Positions 9,555 to 17,804 of a stretch of 64,000 nt of DNA are shown one piece after another. Each line of letters begins with the position of its first letter. The stretch's first letter is position 1. The notes under the pieces are model-generated. The model was not told the origin of the DNA and searched no databases. It saw only the letters and a list, made by a program, of their open reading frames with translations. This stretch comes from a bacterium (GTDB lineage Bacteria; UBA8248), in contig OZ242260.1 in the NCBI GenBank assembly GCA_965207065.1, positions 4,288,001 through 4,352,000 on the forward strand, read 5' to 3'. The position numbers and the translations under genes were made by a program.

Positions 9555-9614
9555 ATGACCCGGCCTTATGGGAAGGTCGGAATTATGTTCATTCGCTGTA
9601 GAGAAACCAAAACA

Positions 9615-9848
9615 ATGAATTTAGATTCCATAATTTATTGGTTGGCCGCCAAAGATTGTCAAATTTTAGAATTTGTTGGCTTAAACAAAATTGCAACAGA
9701 TTTAGGTTGTTATCCTCTTTTCCAGTCTCGATTAGCGGCAGAATTGGACTTGTATTACTGGATGGGCGCATTGACTGGATTTGGATTAATCAGTGTTGTC
9801 TTGAGTATTTTAAGTTCCATACTCGGATTTTCAAAGAAAAAGGAATGA
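9615..9848 (+). CDS. Small membrane protein (77 aa)
   Basis: MNLDSIIYW... start chosen at ATG 9615; C-terminal hydrophobic helix followed by KKKE. Confidence 0.55.
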   Translation: MNLDSIIYWLAAKDCQILEFVGLNKIATDLGCYPLFQSRLAAELDLYYWMGALTGFGLISVVLSILSSILGFSKKKE

Positions 9849-9852
9849 ATAA

Positions 9853-10398
9853 ATGAGAAAAACAATTTTGTTCCTGATGTTCGTATCTATTGTGATGTTC
9901 TCAAGTACAAGGGTTTTATCCACCGAAAAATCTGATTCTTTCCGACAGTTCATAAATTATTTCACCACAGGAAATCCATTTAAATCTAGTGGAGGTATTG
10001 CGACAGCAAAAATCTTCAATCGAAAAAATTGTGTGGCTGGCTTTGAAGATAATAAGGGAGGCTATCTGAAAATTTATTGGAATAACATTGATGTAAATTC
10101 TATTAAAATTCAAAATAAATTTCGAAAGCCTAATCGCTTTCTATTCGGAAGTGGTGATTCTGGAGAATGGCAGAAATATATTTCGTTTTCTGGACAACCA
10201 TATGTTGCAGATGTCGATGTTAAGAATTTTCTTTTAGCAATGAATTATGCCGCTAATGGTATTCCTAACGGACAACATTCTGCTGTATCCATACCTCTTG
10301 GCGCGCCGGATGGGATAGACGATGAACGGTTGATCAAGGCACTTAGATTACTTTATTCCAAACATTGTACTGGCTCAAAAAGAAAATCTGAATTTTGA
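9853..10398 (+). CDS. Exported hypothetical protein (181 aa)
   Basis: AAGGA SD; signal peptide MRKTILFLMFVSIVMFSS; two Cys in the mature part. Confidence 0.75.
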   Translation: MRKTILFLMFVSIVMFSSTRVLSTEKSDSFRQFINYFTTGNPFKSSGGIATAKIFNRKNCVAGFEDNKGGYLKIYWNNIDVNSIKIQNKFRKPNRFLFGSGDSGEWQKYISFSGQPYVADVDVKNFLLAMNYAANGIPNGQHSAVSIPLGAPDGIDDERLIKALRLLYSKHCTGSKRKSEF

Positions 10399-10428
10399 TA
10401 TTAGAGAATTAAAATGAGAAAGGACAAA

Positions 10429-10683
10429 TTATGCAGAAGGTGAATTTCCCCTCATTCGACGATCATACAATTGACGCTCAATTTCCCGGCATTCTTCGGG
10501 TGTCAAATCTGGAGGTTCTCCAGACCAAGAACCGAGAAACTCTAGTTCTACAGATGGTCGTGAAACCCGATCCGGAAAATGAACAACATTCGACTCCGTA
10601 TGCTTTTTCTCGTGATGCTGTGGTTTATCTGGCGGAGCAAGTGAATTCTTTTTTAGCCTCTCAGTGATATCTATTATATCCAT
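10429..10683 (-). CDS. Hypothetical protein (84 aa)
   Basis: Strong SD AAAGGAGG 5 nt upstream on the minus strand; overlaps a plus-strand ORF. Confidence 0.55.
   Translation of the reverse strand: MDIIDITERLKKNSLAPPDKPQHHEKKHTESNVVHFPDRVSRPSVELEFLGSWSGEPPDLTPEECREIERQLYDRRMRGNSPSA
10431..10667 (+). CDS. Hypothetical protein (78 aa), antiparallel to 10429-10683
   Basis: GAAAGGA SD upstream; co-oriented with 9853-10398; protein-like composition. Confidence 0.5.
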   Translation: MQKVNFPSFDDHTIDAQFPGILRVSNLEVLQTKNRETLVLQMVVKPDPENEQHSTPYAFSRDAVVYLAEQVNSFLASQ

Positions 10684-10811
10684 TTAAGCCTCCTTTCTAG
10701 TATTTATACAAGGAAGGAGTGCGTTAGATTTCTGCATAGTTAAGTTTATAATTCCCTTATTTTTTAACCCAAAGTAGCAGAGCTACGCACGACAGATCGC
10801 TATAGAATGCC

Positions 10812-11687
10812 TTACCTGCTCGCCCCGAAAGCGCCGGCGACGCCATCGCGATTGAAGGTCCCGCCCACCTCCTCGTGAGCCGGCCCATAGAAGATTCCGT
10901 GGATGCCGCCCGTATCGAAAGTTCCGTCTGACTGAACCTGAATGGGGTTCCATGTCATGTCGGAAAGCGCATCGCCCGTTTCCCGATTCGTGATGTTCGT
11001 GAAGGAAACATCCATCTGAGCGCCTGAGGGATTCGCCATGCTGAACTCAAGCGTTGCGTCTCCTTCCACGCCGTTCCCCTGCGCGCCTCCTTCGGTCGTG
11101 ATCACGCCGAGCATGACGCCGGCATAAGTGGCGTCCGCGTCGGGGTGCGAGCCAGTGGCGTTGCCGATGGAAAGCCCCGTTCCGAAATCGGCCGACGAGA
11201 TAATTCGATCGGAATATTTCCCCCAGGCCGCAAGGAAAAAGTTGTGGACCATCCAGCCGCCATATGCCGTGGCGCTGACGGTGCTGTCCTCCCCCAATGC
11301 GAAGCTGACTGAACCGCCATACACGGGGACGCCTCTCCTCGTCAGGATTGAATGCACTTCCTGTCTTAGATTTTCTATGCTGTCCGCGTCGGTAGTCTGG
11401 AGGTCATGCACGGATACGGATTCACTGATACCCGTCCTCGATTCAGTGAGCATACAGGTTGGCCCTGTGCAGTCCGATTCGAGGGTCAATTCCACAGGCG
11501 GCAGCCCCGGGACGGCCTGAATGCGAAGGTAACTGTTGCTGATGGAGAGCGCCGCATTCTCGTTCAGTACGACGCCTTCGGTGGAGCCGGTTTCCGGCAT
11601 GGTGGCGGGGGACTCTGAACTTTTATCATCGCCGCCACAACCGAAAAGAAGAATTGCCGTTAAGAGAATCGCCGGAATCCGTCCCAT
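10812..11687 (-). CDS. Surface lipoprotein with TbpB/HphA-like C-terminal beta-barrel
   Basis: Lipobox LLFGC; C-terminal GIFYGPAHEEVGGTF...GAFGA signature. Confidence 0.75.
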   Translation of the reverse strand: MGRIPAILLTAILLFGCGGDDKSSESPATMPETGSTEGVVLNENAALSISNSYLRIQAVPGLPPVELTLESDCTGPTCMLTESRTGISESVSVHDLQTTDADSIENLRQEVHSILTRRGVPVYGGSVSFALGEDSTVSATAYGGWMVHNFFLAAWGKYSDRIISSADFGTGLSIGNATGSHPDADATYAGVMLGVITTEGGAQGNGVEGDATLEFSMANPSGAQMDVSFTNITNRETGDALSDMTWNPIQVQSDGTFDTGGIHGIFYGPAHEEVGGTFNRDGVAGAFGASR

Positions 11688-11846
11688 GCCACATCCCCCT
11701 TACCGTAAGGATTCAGGCCGATGCATCGTTCGCACCGTCCGGGCTCCTTACACATCGGTATGTGATGGGCGGAAGTTTTGTTGATTCAACAGTGAATAGC
11801 AAAAAAGAAAACATCATGGCCACAAGCGGAGAAATTGCGCTATTTC

Positions 11847-12194
11847 CTACCTCCAGCGGCGCTCCTTCACCTGGGCCGCCTTGCCCTTGCGGTCTCTCAG
11901 ATAGTAGAGCTTCGCGCGGCGCACGCGGCCTTTCCGGGTAACTTCTATCTTGTCGACCCTCGGGGAATGCACCGGGAAGATGCGCTCCACACCGACGCCG
12001 TAAGAAAGCTTTCGTACGCGGAACCTCTCGCGAAGTCCGCCGCCCTGCCTGCCGATGACGACACCCTCGAATACCTGGATGCGCTCCTTGTCGCCCTCGA
12101 CGATTTTCACGTGAACGCGCACCGTATCGCCCGGCTCGAAATCGGGAACATCCTTGCGCATGCCCTCACGCTCGATTTTATCGATTATGTTCAC
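11847..12194 (-). CDS. rplS: 50S ribosomal protein L19
   Basis: [40 protein letters not shown]. Confidence 0.98.
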   Translation of the reverse strand: MNIIDKIEREGMRKDVPDFEPGDTVRVHVKIVEGDKERIQVFEGVVIGRQGGGLRERFRVRKLSYGVGVERIFPVHSPRVDKIEVTRKGRVRRAKLYYLRDRKGKAAQVKERRWR

Positions 12195-12224
12195 CTGCCT
12201 GCTCCTTGTCCTGAAAAACCGGCA

Positions 12225-12797
12225 CTATACCTCTCTTTGGCCGAGAATGCGATCTACGATAATCGCCGCAGCACCACGAACCGAGAGGTGGTTGAAGCCC
12301 GTATCGGCATTCGCCTCCACCGGACACAATACCATCTCGGACATCTCCAAAACCTCATCCGCAAGACCCCAGCTCGTGCCGAACAAAATGACGAGCGGGG
12401 CGTCTGTCTCCTTCAACTCGCCGCGCAACTCCTCATACCCCACGGCGCCGGGCACCCGCCTGGCCGTCGTGGCGGCGAGTCGGGGCCTTCTCGATTCGGT
12501 GCACTCCACCTCCTCGATGAGCGCATCCAGAGACGGCAGAACTTCGAGGAATTCGAGCGTCTCTCCCCGTTGCGGGTGCAACGCCCGGCCCGGGCCCTCC
12601 GTGAAATGCCCTATCACCCGCTCGACGAACGCCCGCTGCGGAGCAGATGGATGTACCACAAATACGCCCGTGACGCCATAGGTGCGGCCCACGCGTGCGA
12701 GATCGTGCAAATCGAGGCCCGTGACGGAAGAAGTCACCACGTTGCCCTGGCGATTCAGCACCGGGTAGTGGATGAGCGCGAGATAGACGTTGCCCAC
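12225..12797 (-). CDS. SPOUT-class RNA methyltransferase (TrmD C-terminal-like, DUF2168)
   Basis: YLALIHYPVLN, DLHDLAR, LFGTSWGL, FNHLSVR; lies between trmD and rplS. Confidence 0.88.
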   Translation of the reverse strand: MGNVYLALIHYPVLNRQGNVVTSSVTGLDLHDLARVGRTYGVTGVFVVHPSAPQRAFVERVIGHFTEGPGRALHPQRGETLEFLEVLPSLDALIEEVECTESRRPRLAATTARRVPGAVGYEELRGELKETDAPLVILFGTSWGLADEVLEMSEMVLCPVEANADTGFNHLSVRGAAAIIVDRILGQREV

Positions 12798-12812
12798 TAC
12801 GCCGCCATCCTT

Positions 12813-13541
12813 CTAAGTCTGCGAAGATTCAAGCAGGCGCAAATCCTCATCGCTCAATTCAGCCCGTTCGAACAGGTCCCGGCGCCTCTCCCGCGTTCTC
12901 TCGAGCGCCTGGCGTCTCCTCCAGAGACGAACCGCCTCGTGGTCGCCGGATAAGAGTACGTCAGGCGCGCGGACCCCCTCGAACTCCGCCGGCCGCGTGT
13001 AGTGGGGATGATCGAGAAGGCCGTCAGTGAAGCTGTCCTGGGCGGCGGAAGCATCGTTACCCAGGACGCCGGGGATGAGCCTGCCGACCGCGTCAATGAC
13101 GGCCATGGCCGGTATCTCTCCTCCCGAAAGCACGTAATCGCCGACCGAGACCTCCTCATCCACGCACAACCCGCACACCCGCTCGTCCACGCCCTCGTAG
13201 CGGCCGCAGATGAGGAGCAGCCGGGGCGCCTCTGAATACCTGCGAGCGGTCGCCTGATCGAACAGCCGCCCCTGCGGCGTGAGCAGCACCTTGAGCGGTT
13301 CGGCACCGCCCTCTTCACGAATCGCCCGGACGCCCCTCAGGATGGGTTCGGGCTTCATGACCATGCCCGCTCCGCCGCCGAAGGGAGCGTCGTCGACCTG
13401 TTGATACTTCCCCTCGGCGAAATCGCGCATGTTCCAGACCTTGAGCTCGAGAAGGCCGCCCTCGACCGCGCGCCCCACGACGCCCTCTCGAAACGCCTCC
13501 TCCACCATCCGGGGCAATACGGAAAGAACGTCGATGCGCAT
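12813..13541 (-). CDS. trmD: tRNA (guanine-N1)-methyltransferase
   Basis: VDDAPFGGGAGMV, CGRYEGVDER, SVGDYVLSGGE, HYTRP. Confidence 0.98.
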   Translation of the reverse strand: MRIDVLSVLPRMVEEAFREGVVGRAVEGGLLELKVWNMRDFAEGKYQQVDDAPFGGGAGMVMKPEPILRGVRAIREEGGAEPLKVLLTPQGRLFDQATARRYSEAPRLLLICGRYEGVDERVCGLCVDEEVSVGDYVLSGGEIPAMAVIDAVGRLIPGVLGNDASAAQDSFTDGLLDHPHYTRPAEFEGVRAPDVLLSGDHEAVRLWRRRQALERTRERRRDLFERAELSDEDLRLLESSQT

Positions 13542-13550
13542 GACGTCTCC

Positions 13551-14057
13551 TCAATTCTCGTCGGCGAACTTTGGCGGACGGAAAATCCAGCGATCCCCAT
13601 CACGCCTCAATACGACCTCGCGCGTGGCGGGCGCGAGCAGTTCCTCTCCACCGGGGGTGCGGATGACGATGACGTCGTTTCCACCGGCCCCGAACATGTC
13701 CACCACGCGCCCGAGGGGATTTCCTCCCTCGTCGATGACTTCACAGCCTTCGAAATCCTCGAAGTAGAGAACCCCCTCATCGGGGCCATCCAGGAATTTC
13801 CTGTCCGCCAGAAAAACAACCCCCCGCAGCGCCTCGGCGTCTTCGGGGGTGTCGATTCTCTTGAACTTCCAGACGACGGCTCCCTTGCCGCCCCGGTGAC
13901 AGGCCGCTATCTCGAACCTTCTCGCAGGCTCATCTCGCGAGAACACTTCCTCTATTCGCTCATAGGCGGCCAGGTCGTCGAGCCAGGGCTCCACCCGAAC
14001 GGCTCCCTTGATGCCGTGGGGCCTGAGTGCGACGCCCACGGCCACCCTGCCGCTCAT
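13551..14057 (-). CDS. rimM: 16S rRNA processing protein RimM
   Basis: PHGIKG, AEALRG, GNDV motifs; position between rpsP and trmD. Confidence 0.92.
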   Translation of the reverse strand: MSGRVAVGVALRPHGIKGAVRVEPWLDDLAAYERIEEVFSRDEPARRFEIAACHRGGKGAVVWKFKRIDTPEDAEALRGVVFLADRKFLDGPDEGVLYFEDFEGCEVIDEGGNPLGRVVDMFGAGGNDVIVIRTPGGEELLAPATREVVLRRDGDRWIFRPPKFADEN

Positions 14058-14066
14058 GTGGCTTCC

Positions 14067-14312
14067 CTAATCGTTGATGCCTGCCCTGTCGAGAAGGTTC
14101 CTGACCGTCCGGGTCGGGATGGCGCCCTTGTCAATCCAGGCCTTCGCCTTCTCGAGATCGATGTGAACGAATGCGGGGTCTTCCGACGGATCGTAGCGGC
14201 CGATGCTTTCGATGAAACGACCATCGCGCGGCATGCGCTCATCCTGCACGACGACGCGGTAGCGCGGCGCTTTTTTCATACCCCCACGGGCAAGTCTGAT
14301 TTTTACGGCCAA
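14067..14312 (-). CDS. rpsP: 30S ribosomal protein S16
   Basis: [11 protein letters not shown]...[15 protein letters not shown]. Confidence 0.98.
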   Translation of the reverse strand: MAVKIRLARGGMKKAPRYRVVVQDERMPRDGRFIESIGRYDPSEDPAFVHIDLEKAKAWIDKGAIPTRTVRNLLDRAGIND

Positions 14313-14323
14313 AGTATATCTCC

Positions 14324-15658
14324 CTAGAAATTAAGCATTTGACGCATTCTCTGCATCTGTTTTTTCTTGCCGCCTTTTGAAAACTGCTTCATCAGTTTCT
14401 GCGTTTGCGTGAATTGCTTGAGCAGCCGGTTCACGTCCTGCACACGTGTGCCGCTCCCGGCGGCGATGCGTTTTCTGCGGCTGCCCTTGATGATTTCGGG
14501 CTTCGTGCGTTCGGCCGGCGTCATCGAATCGATGATGGCCACCGTGCGCGTGAGTTCGGTCTCGTCGATATCCACGTCGGGCATCTTGTTGCCCAGCCCC
14601 GGTATCATGGACAGGACATCACCCATCGAACCCATCTTCCGCATCTGAAGAATCTGCTCTTTCATCGTCACGAGGGTGAACGTCCCCTTGCCGAGGGACT
14701 CCACCATGGATTGCGCGTCATCGGGGGAGATGGCGGTTTCGGCCTTCTCGATGAGGGACATGACGTCCCCCATGCCCAGAACCCGGGAGGCCATTCTCTC
14801 GGGATGAAACTCCTCGAGCGCGTCGAGCTTCTCGCCCGCACCTACCATCTTGACGGGCACGCCCGTCACCGAGCGCAGCGAAAGGGCGCCCCCGCCTCTG
14901 GCATCGCCGTCGAGCTTCGTCAGTACGACGCCCGTGATGCCGATGCGGTCTGAAAACGCGGAGCCCAAGTTCACCGCTTCCTGGCCCGTCATGGCGTCCG
15001 CGACCAGGAGCACCTCATCGGGCCGCGCCGCTTCTTTCATCTCCTTCAACTCGTCCATCAGTGCGTCATCGATGTGCAGCCTGCCCGCGCTGTCCACGAT
15101 GCAGTAATCGAAATGCTCGAGCCGGGCGCGTTCCGCTGCCCGCCGGACGATTTCCACAGGACTCGTCATGCCTTCCGAATCGAACGCGTCTGCGCCCGTC
15201 TGCTCGGCCAGCCTCTTGAGCTGGGTGATGGCCGCCGGCCGCGCGACGTCCGCAGGCACGAGAAGAACGCGCAATCCCTTGCTTTTGAGCTTCAAGGCGA
15301 TCTTGCCGGCCGTCGTCGTTTTCCCCGATCCCTGTAGACCGACGAGCATCACGGTCGTGACGCCGCTCGAAGCGCGCTCGAGAGGTGCGCTCTTTGCGCC
15401 CATGAGTTCGGTGAGACGCCCCTGGACCGCCTTGATGACCTGCTGGGAGGGGTCCAAGTGCGCGACGCGCTCGACCCCGAGAAGATCCTCGCGGATTTTC
15501 GCCACCAAATCCCTGGCGACCCGGAAGTTCACGTCGGCTTCGAGCAGCGCCAGTCGAATCTCGCGAAGCGCGGAATCGACTTCTTTTTCTCCCAAAACGC
15601 CCCGGCTTCTCAAATCCTTGAAGATTCCGCCCAGACGCTCTTTCAAGCCGTCAAACAT
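14324..15658 (-). CDS. ffh: Signal recognition particle protein
   Basis: [32 protein letters not shown], Met-rich M domain; start at MFDGL. Confidence 0.98.
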   Translation of the reverse strand: MFDGLKERLGGIFKDLRSRGVLGEKEVDSALREIRLALLEADVNFRVARDLVAKIREDLLGVERVAHLDPSQQVIKAVQGRLTELMGAKSAPLERASSGVTTVMLVGLQGSGKTTTAGKIALKLKSKGLRVLLVPADVARPAAITQLKRLAEQTGADAFDSEGMTSPVEIVRRAAERARLEHFDYCIVDSAGRLHIDDALMDELKEMKEAARPDEVLLVADAMTGQEAVNLGSAFSDRIGITGVVLTKLDGDARGGGALSLRSVTGVPVKMVGAGEKLDALEEFHPERMASRVLGMGDVMSLIEKAETAISPDDAQSMVESLGKGTFTLVTMKEQILQMRKMGSMGDVLSMIPGLGNKMPDVDIDETELTRTVAIIDSMTPAERTKPEIIKGSRRKRIAAGSGTRVQDVNRLLKQFTQTQKLMKQFSKGGKKKQMQRMRQMLNF

Positions 15659-15786
15659 CGAACACCCCAACTGATTGATATTCAATATGTTTTCGATTTT
15701 TCACCCGCAAGGCCGGGTGAGGAACCCCAACTTATAAGGATTTTATGCCGCGAGTGTCAACCGGGTGCGGAACGGGCCGCCCTCTC

Positions 15787-16043
15787 GGGGCTGTTGAATA
15801 ACCCCTCGTTGGGGGGAGTACTTCCTCCCGAAGATTCGTAGCGGCAGCCCTGAGGAGGGGCTGTCCCACAGGTCACGGACCTGTCCCTACGGCGGCGTCC
15901 CTCGATACGGCGCGCAAGCGCGCCTACTCGGGATGATGGAGGGGGTTTTACGGATACCGTTCGGGACAAGGGGGGTATTGCGCACAAGGGCGGCGAATGC
16001 GCCGCAGGCGCTTTCCCTCTCAAGGGGGTTTTTCAACAATCCC
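15787..16043. mobile_element. MITE-like element with GTTGA-type inverted ends
   Basis: GGGGCTGTTGAATAACCCC (15787-15805) and inverted GGGGGTTTTTCAACAATCCC (16024-16043), 16/19 match; palindrome-rich non-coding interior. Confidence 0.55.
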
Positions 16044-16060
16044 AAGGCGGGAGGGTTCGA

Positions 16061-16381
16061 TTACCTGGTTCGTTCGATGAGCGCGCGCAGGGCCATGCGG
16101 CTTTCCGCCTGCCCGTCGATAAGTTCGCGCAGGGTCATGCGGCTTTCCGCCTGCCCGTCGATGAGTTCGCGCAGGGCCGCCATCGACTCCTCGTGCCTGA
16201 GCCGGGATTCGGCCATCGACTCCTCGTGTCTGCGCTCGGATTCGGTCATCGTCTCATTGTGCTTGCGTTCGGAGTCGGCGGCGCGCATTTCGGCGCCCTT
16301 CGCCATGACGCGGATTCCGTAGAAGATCAGCGCGAGGCCGCCGTAGGAGGCGATGAGGTTGAGGTATTCATACGTCGTCAT
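16061..16381 (-). CDS. Small membrane-anchored coiled-coil repeat protein (106 aa), paralogue of the 58.5-59.7 kb proteins
   Basis: MTT start, hydrophobic N-terminus, RRHEESM repeats, ALIERT end; SD AGGGAG; promoter TTGACG-N18-TATACT (16463-16434). Confidence 0.75.
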   Translation of the reverse strand: MTTYEYLNLIASYGGLALIFYGIRVMAKGAEMRAADSERKHNETMTESERRHEESMAESRLRHEESMAALRELIDGQAESRMTLRELIDGQAESRMALRALIERTR

Positions 16382-16476
16382 TCGTTTACTCCCTGGAGGA
16401 GGGTCCCTCATACGCCTCTCGTGTACGCTCTTGAGTATAAAAAAAGCGAGTGCGTCTCGTCAATTCTTCCCGCATC

Positions 16477-17124
16477 GGGCCTGTTGAACTCCCTTCCAGG
16501 GGTTGTTGAAAAACCCTCGCCGGGGGGTAGCGAACGCTCCCTCCCCGGTCGGGTCAAGCCCTTATTCATCAATCGCGTTTTACCCCCAACCCCCCTGTGA
16601 AGGGGTCGTTGATAAAGTCCCGATTTTGTGATTCGGCGCATGTAATCAACAGACGAGAGAGAAGAATCACTCCCCCCTTGAGGGTCGGTCTATCCTCCTC
16701 GGGTAGACCGACGAAGAGCTGAGGGCGTAAGCCCGAAAGCGATTCGGTGGGGGGTATAACTCGGAGTGGCGATAAAACGCAATTCACCCCCCACCGATTC
16801 AGCCTTCGCACAAAACGCTCGGCTTCATCGTCGGGCATTCCCCTCGGGATGCCCGACCCTCAAGGGGGGAGTGATATCTCTTTTCTCGTCGGTTGCGTCG
16901 AATCCTCATTGATTGGGACTTTTTCAACAGACCCTTGTCAGAGGGGCTTTTCTTTCACCCCCTCGTCGGGGGGTATCCGCTTTGCCCCCCTGACAAGGGG
17001 GGACAGGGGGGTTTCTTTTCCAGTCAAGAAAGGCGGACACGCAGGTCCGCCCCTACAAAGCCATCACACACCCCGGTCAACTTCATACACCGAATCACGA
17101 AACCAGGGCTTCTTCAACCGCCCC
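16477..17124. repeat. Nested MITE/REP-like inverted-repeat cluster
   Basis: GTTGA-type ends at 16477, 16499 and 16602, with inverted partners at 16915-16934 and 17105-17124. Inner perfect 23-bp inverted repeat at 16666-16688/16853-16875. Confidence 0.65.
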
Positions 17125-17791
17125 TGATGCCGCGTATGGCCTCGGCGTAGTCTTCCGCTCCGAATACGGCGGAGCCGGCCACCAGCGCTTCTGCGCCCGC
17201 CTCGCGTATCTCCGCCGCATTGCGCGGCGTGACCCCGCCGTCGACCTCTACCAGAACCGAAAGCCCGGCCGCCTCGATCTTCTCTCTCAGGCGGCGGATC
17301 CGATCCAGGGAGGCCGGGATGAATTTCTGGCCGCCGAAACCCGGATTCACGCTCATGACGAGGACCATATCCACCTCCGGGAGCAGAGCCTCTATTGCTG
17401 AGAGCGGCGTTCCGGGGTTGAGCGTCAGCCCGACGCCCAGACCGCGCCCGCGAATGCTCTGCAAGGTGCGGTGGATGTGCCTCGGCGCCTCCACGTGAAC
17501 CGTCAGGATGTCCGCGCCCGCGTCCGCAAACGCATCGACATAGCTATCCGGATCCGCGATCATCAGGTGCACGTCGAGCACCATACCGGGGGCGGCTCTC
17601 CTGGCCGCCTCGACGCCCAAAGGCCCCACGGAAATATTGGGGACGAAACGCCCGTCCATCACGTCGAAATGCAGCCAGTCCGCCCCGGCTTCGCGCACCG
17701 CCGCTATCTCCTCGCCCATCCTCTCGAAAGAGCAAGACAGCAGAGAGGGCGCGACCCGGATTTTCCCGGGCGCCATATCGGGCTTCGCCAT
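17114..17791 (-). CDS. rpe: Ribulose-phosphate 3-epimerase
   Basis: APSLLS, HFDVMDGRFVPN, DVHLMI, MSVNPGFGGQ, VDGG. Confidence 0.97.
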   Translation of the reverse strand: MAKPDMAPGKIRVAPSLLSCSFERMGEEIAAVREAGADWLHFDVMDGRFVPNISVGPLGVEAARRAAPGMVLDVHLMIADPDSYVDAFADAGADILTVHVEAPRHIHRTLQSIRGRGLGVGLTLNPGTPLSAIEALLPEVDMVLVMSVNPGFGGQKFIPASLDRIRRLREKIEAAGLSVLVEVDGGVTPRNAAEIREAGAEALVAGSAVFGAEDYAEAIRGIRGG

Positions 17792-17804
17792 GTCGATTCC
17801 TTCC

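Larger units (their letters stand above)
6756..10756. mobile_element. IS1595-family (ISNwi1-like) insertion sequence with passenger genes, 4001 bp
   Basis: Perfect 24-bp TIRs GGGAATTATAAACTTAACTATGCA (6756-6779) and its reverse complement (10733-10756). 8-bp direct repeat TTATTTTT at 6748-6755 and 10757-10764. Internal IS1595-type transposase; sharply AT-rich versus flanks. Confidence 0.95.

Noticed and set aside
9504-9614. N-terminal extension of ORF 9504-9848
   Set aside because: It runs through the predicted RNA stem and lacks an SD; ATG 9615 is preferred.
14058-14066. No khpA between rpsP and rimM; likewise no rseP after dxr
   Set aside because: Ordinary gene-order variation; cannot be judged from one window.
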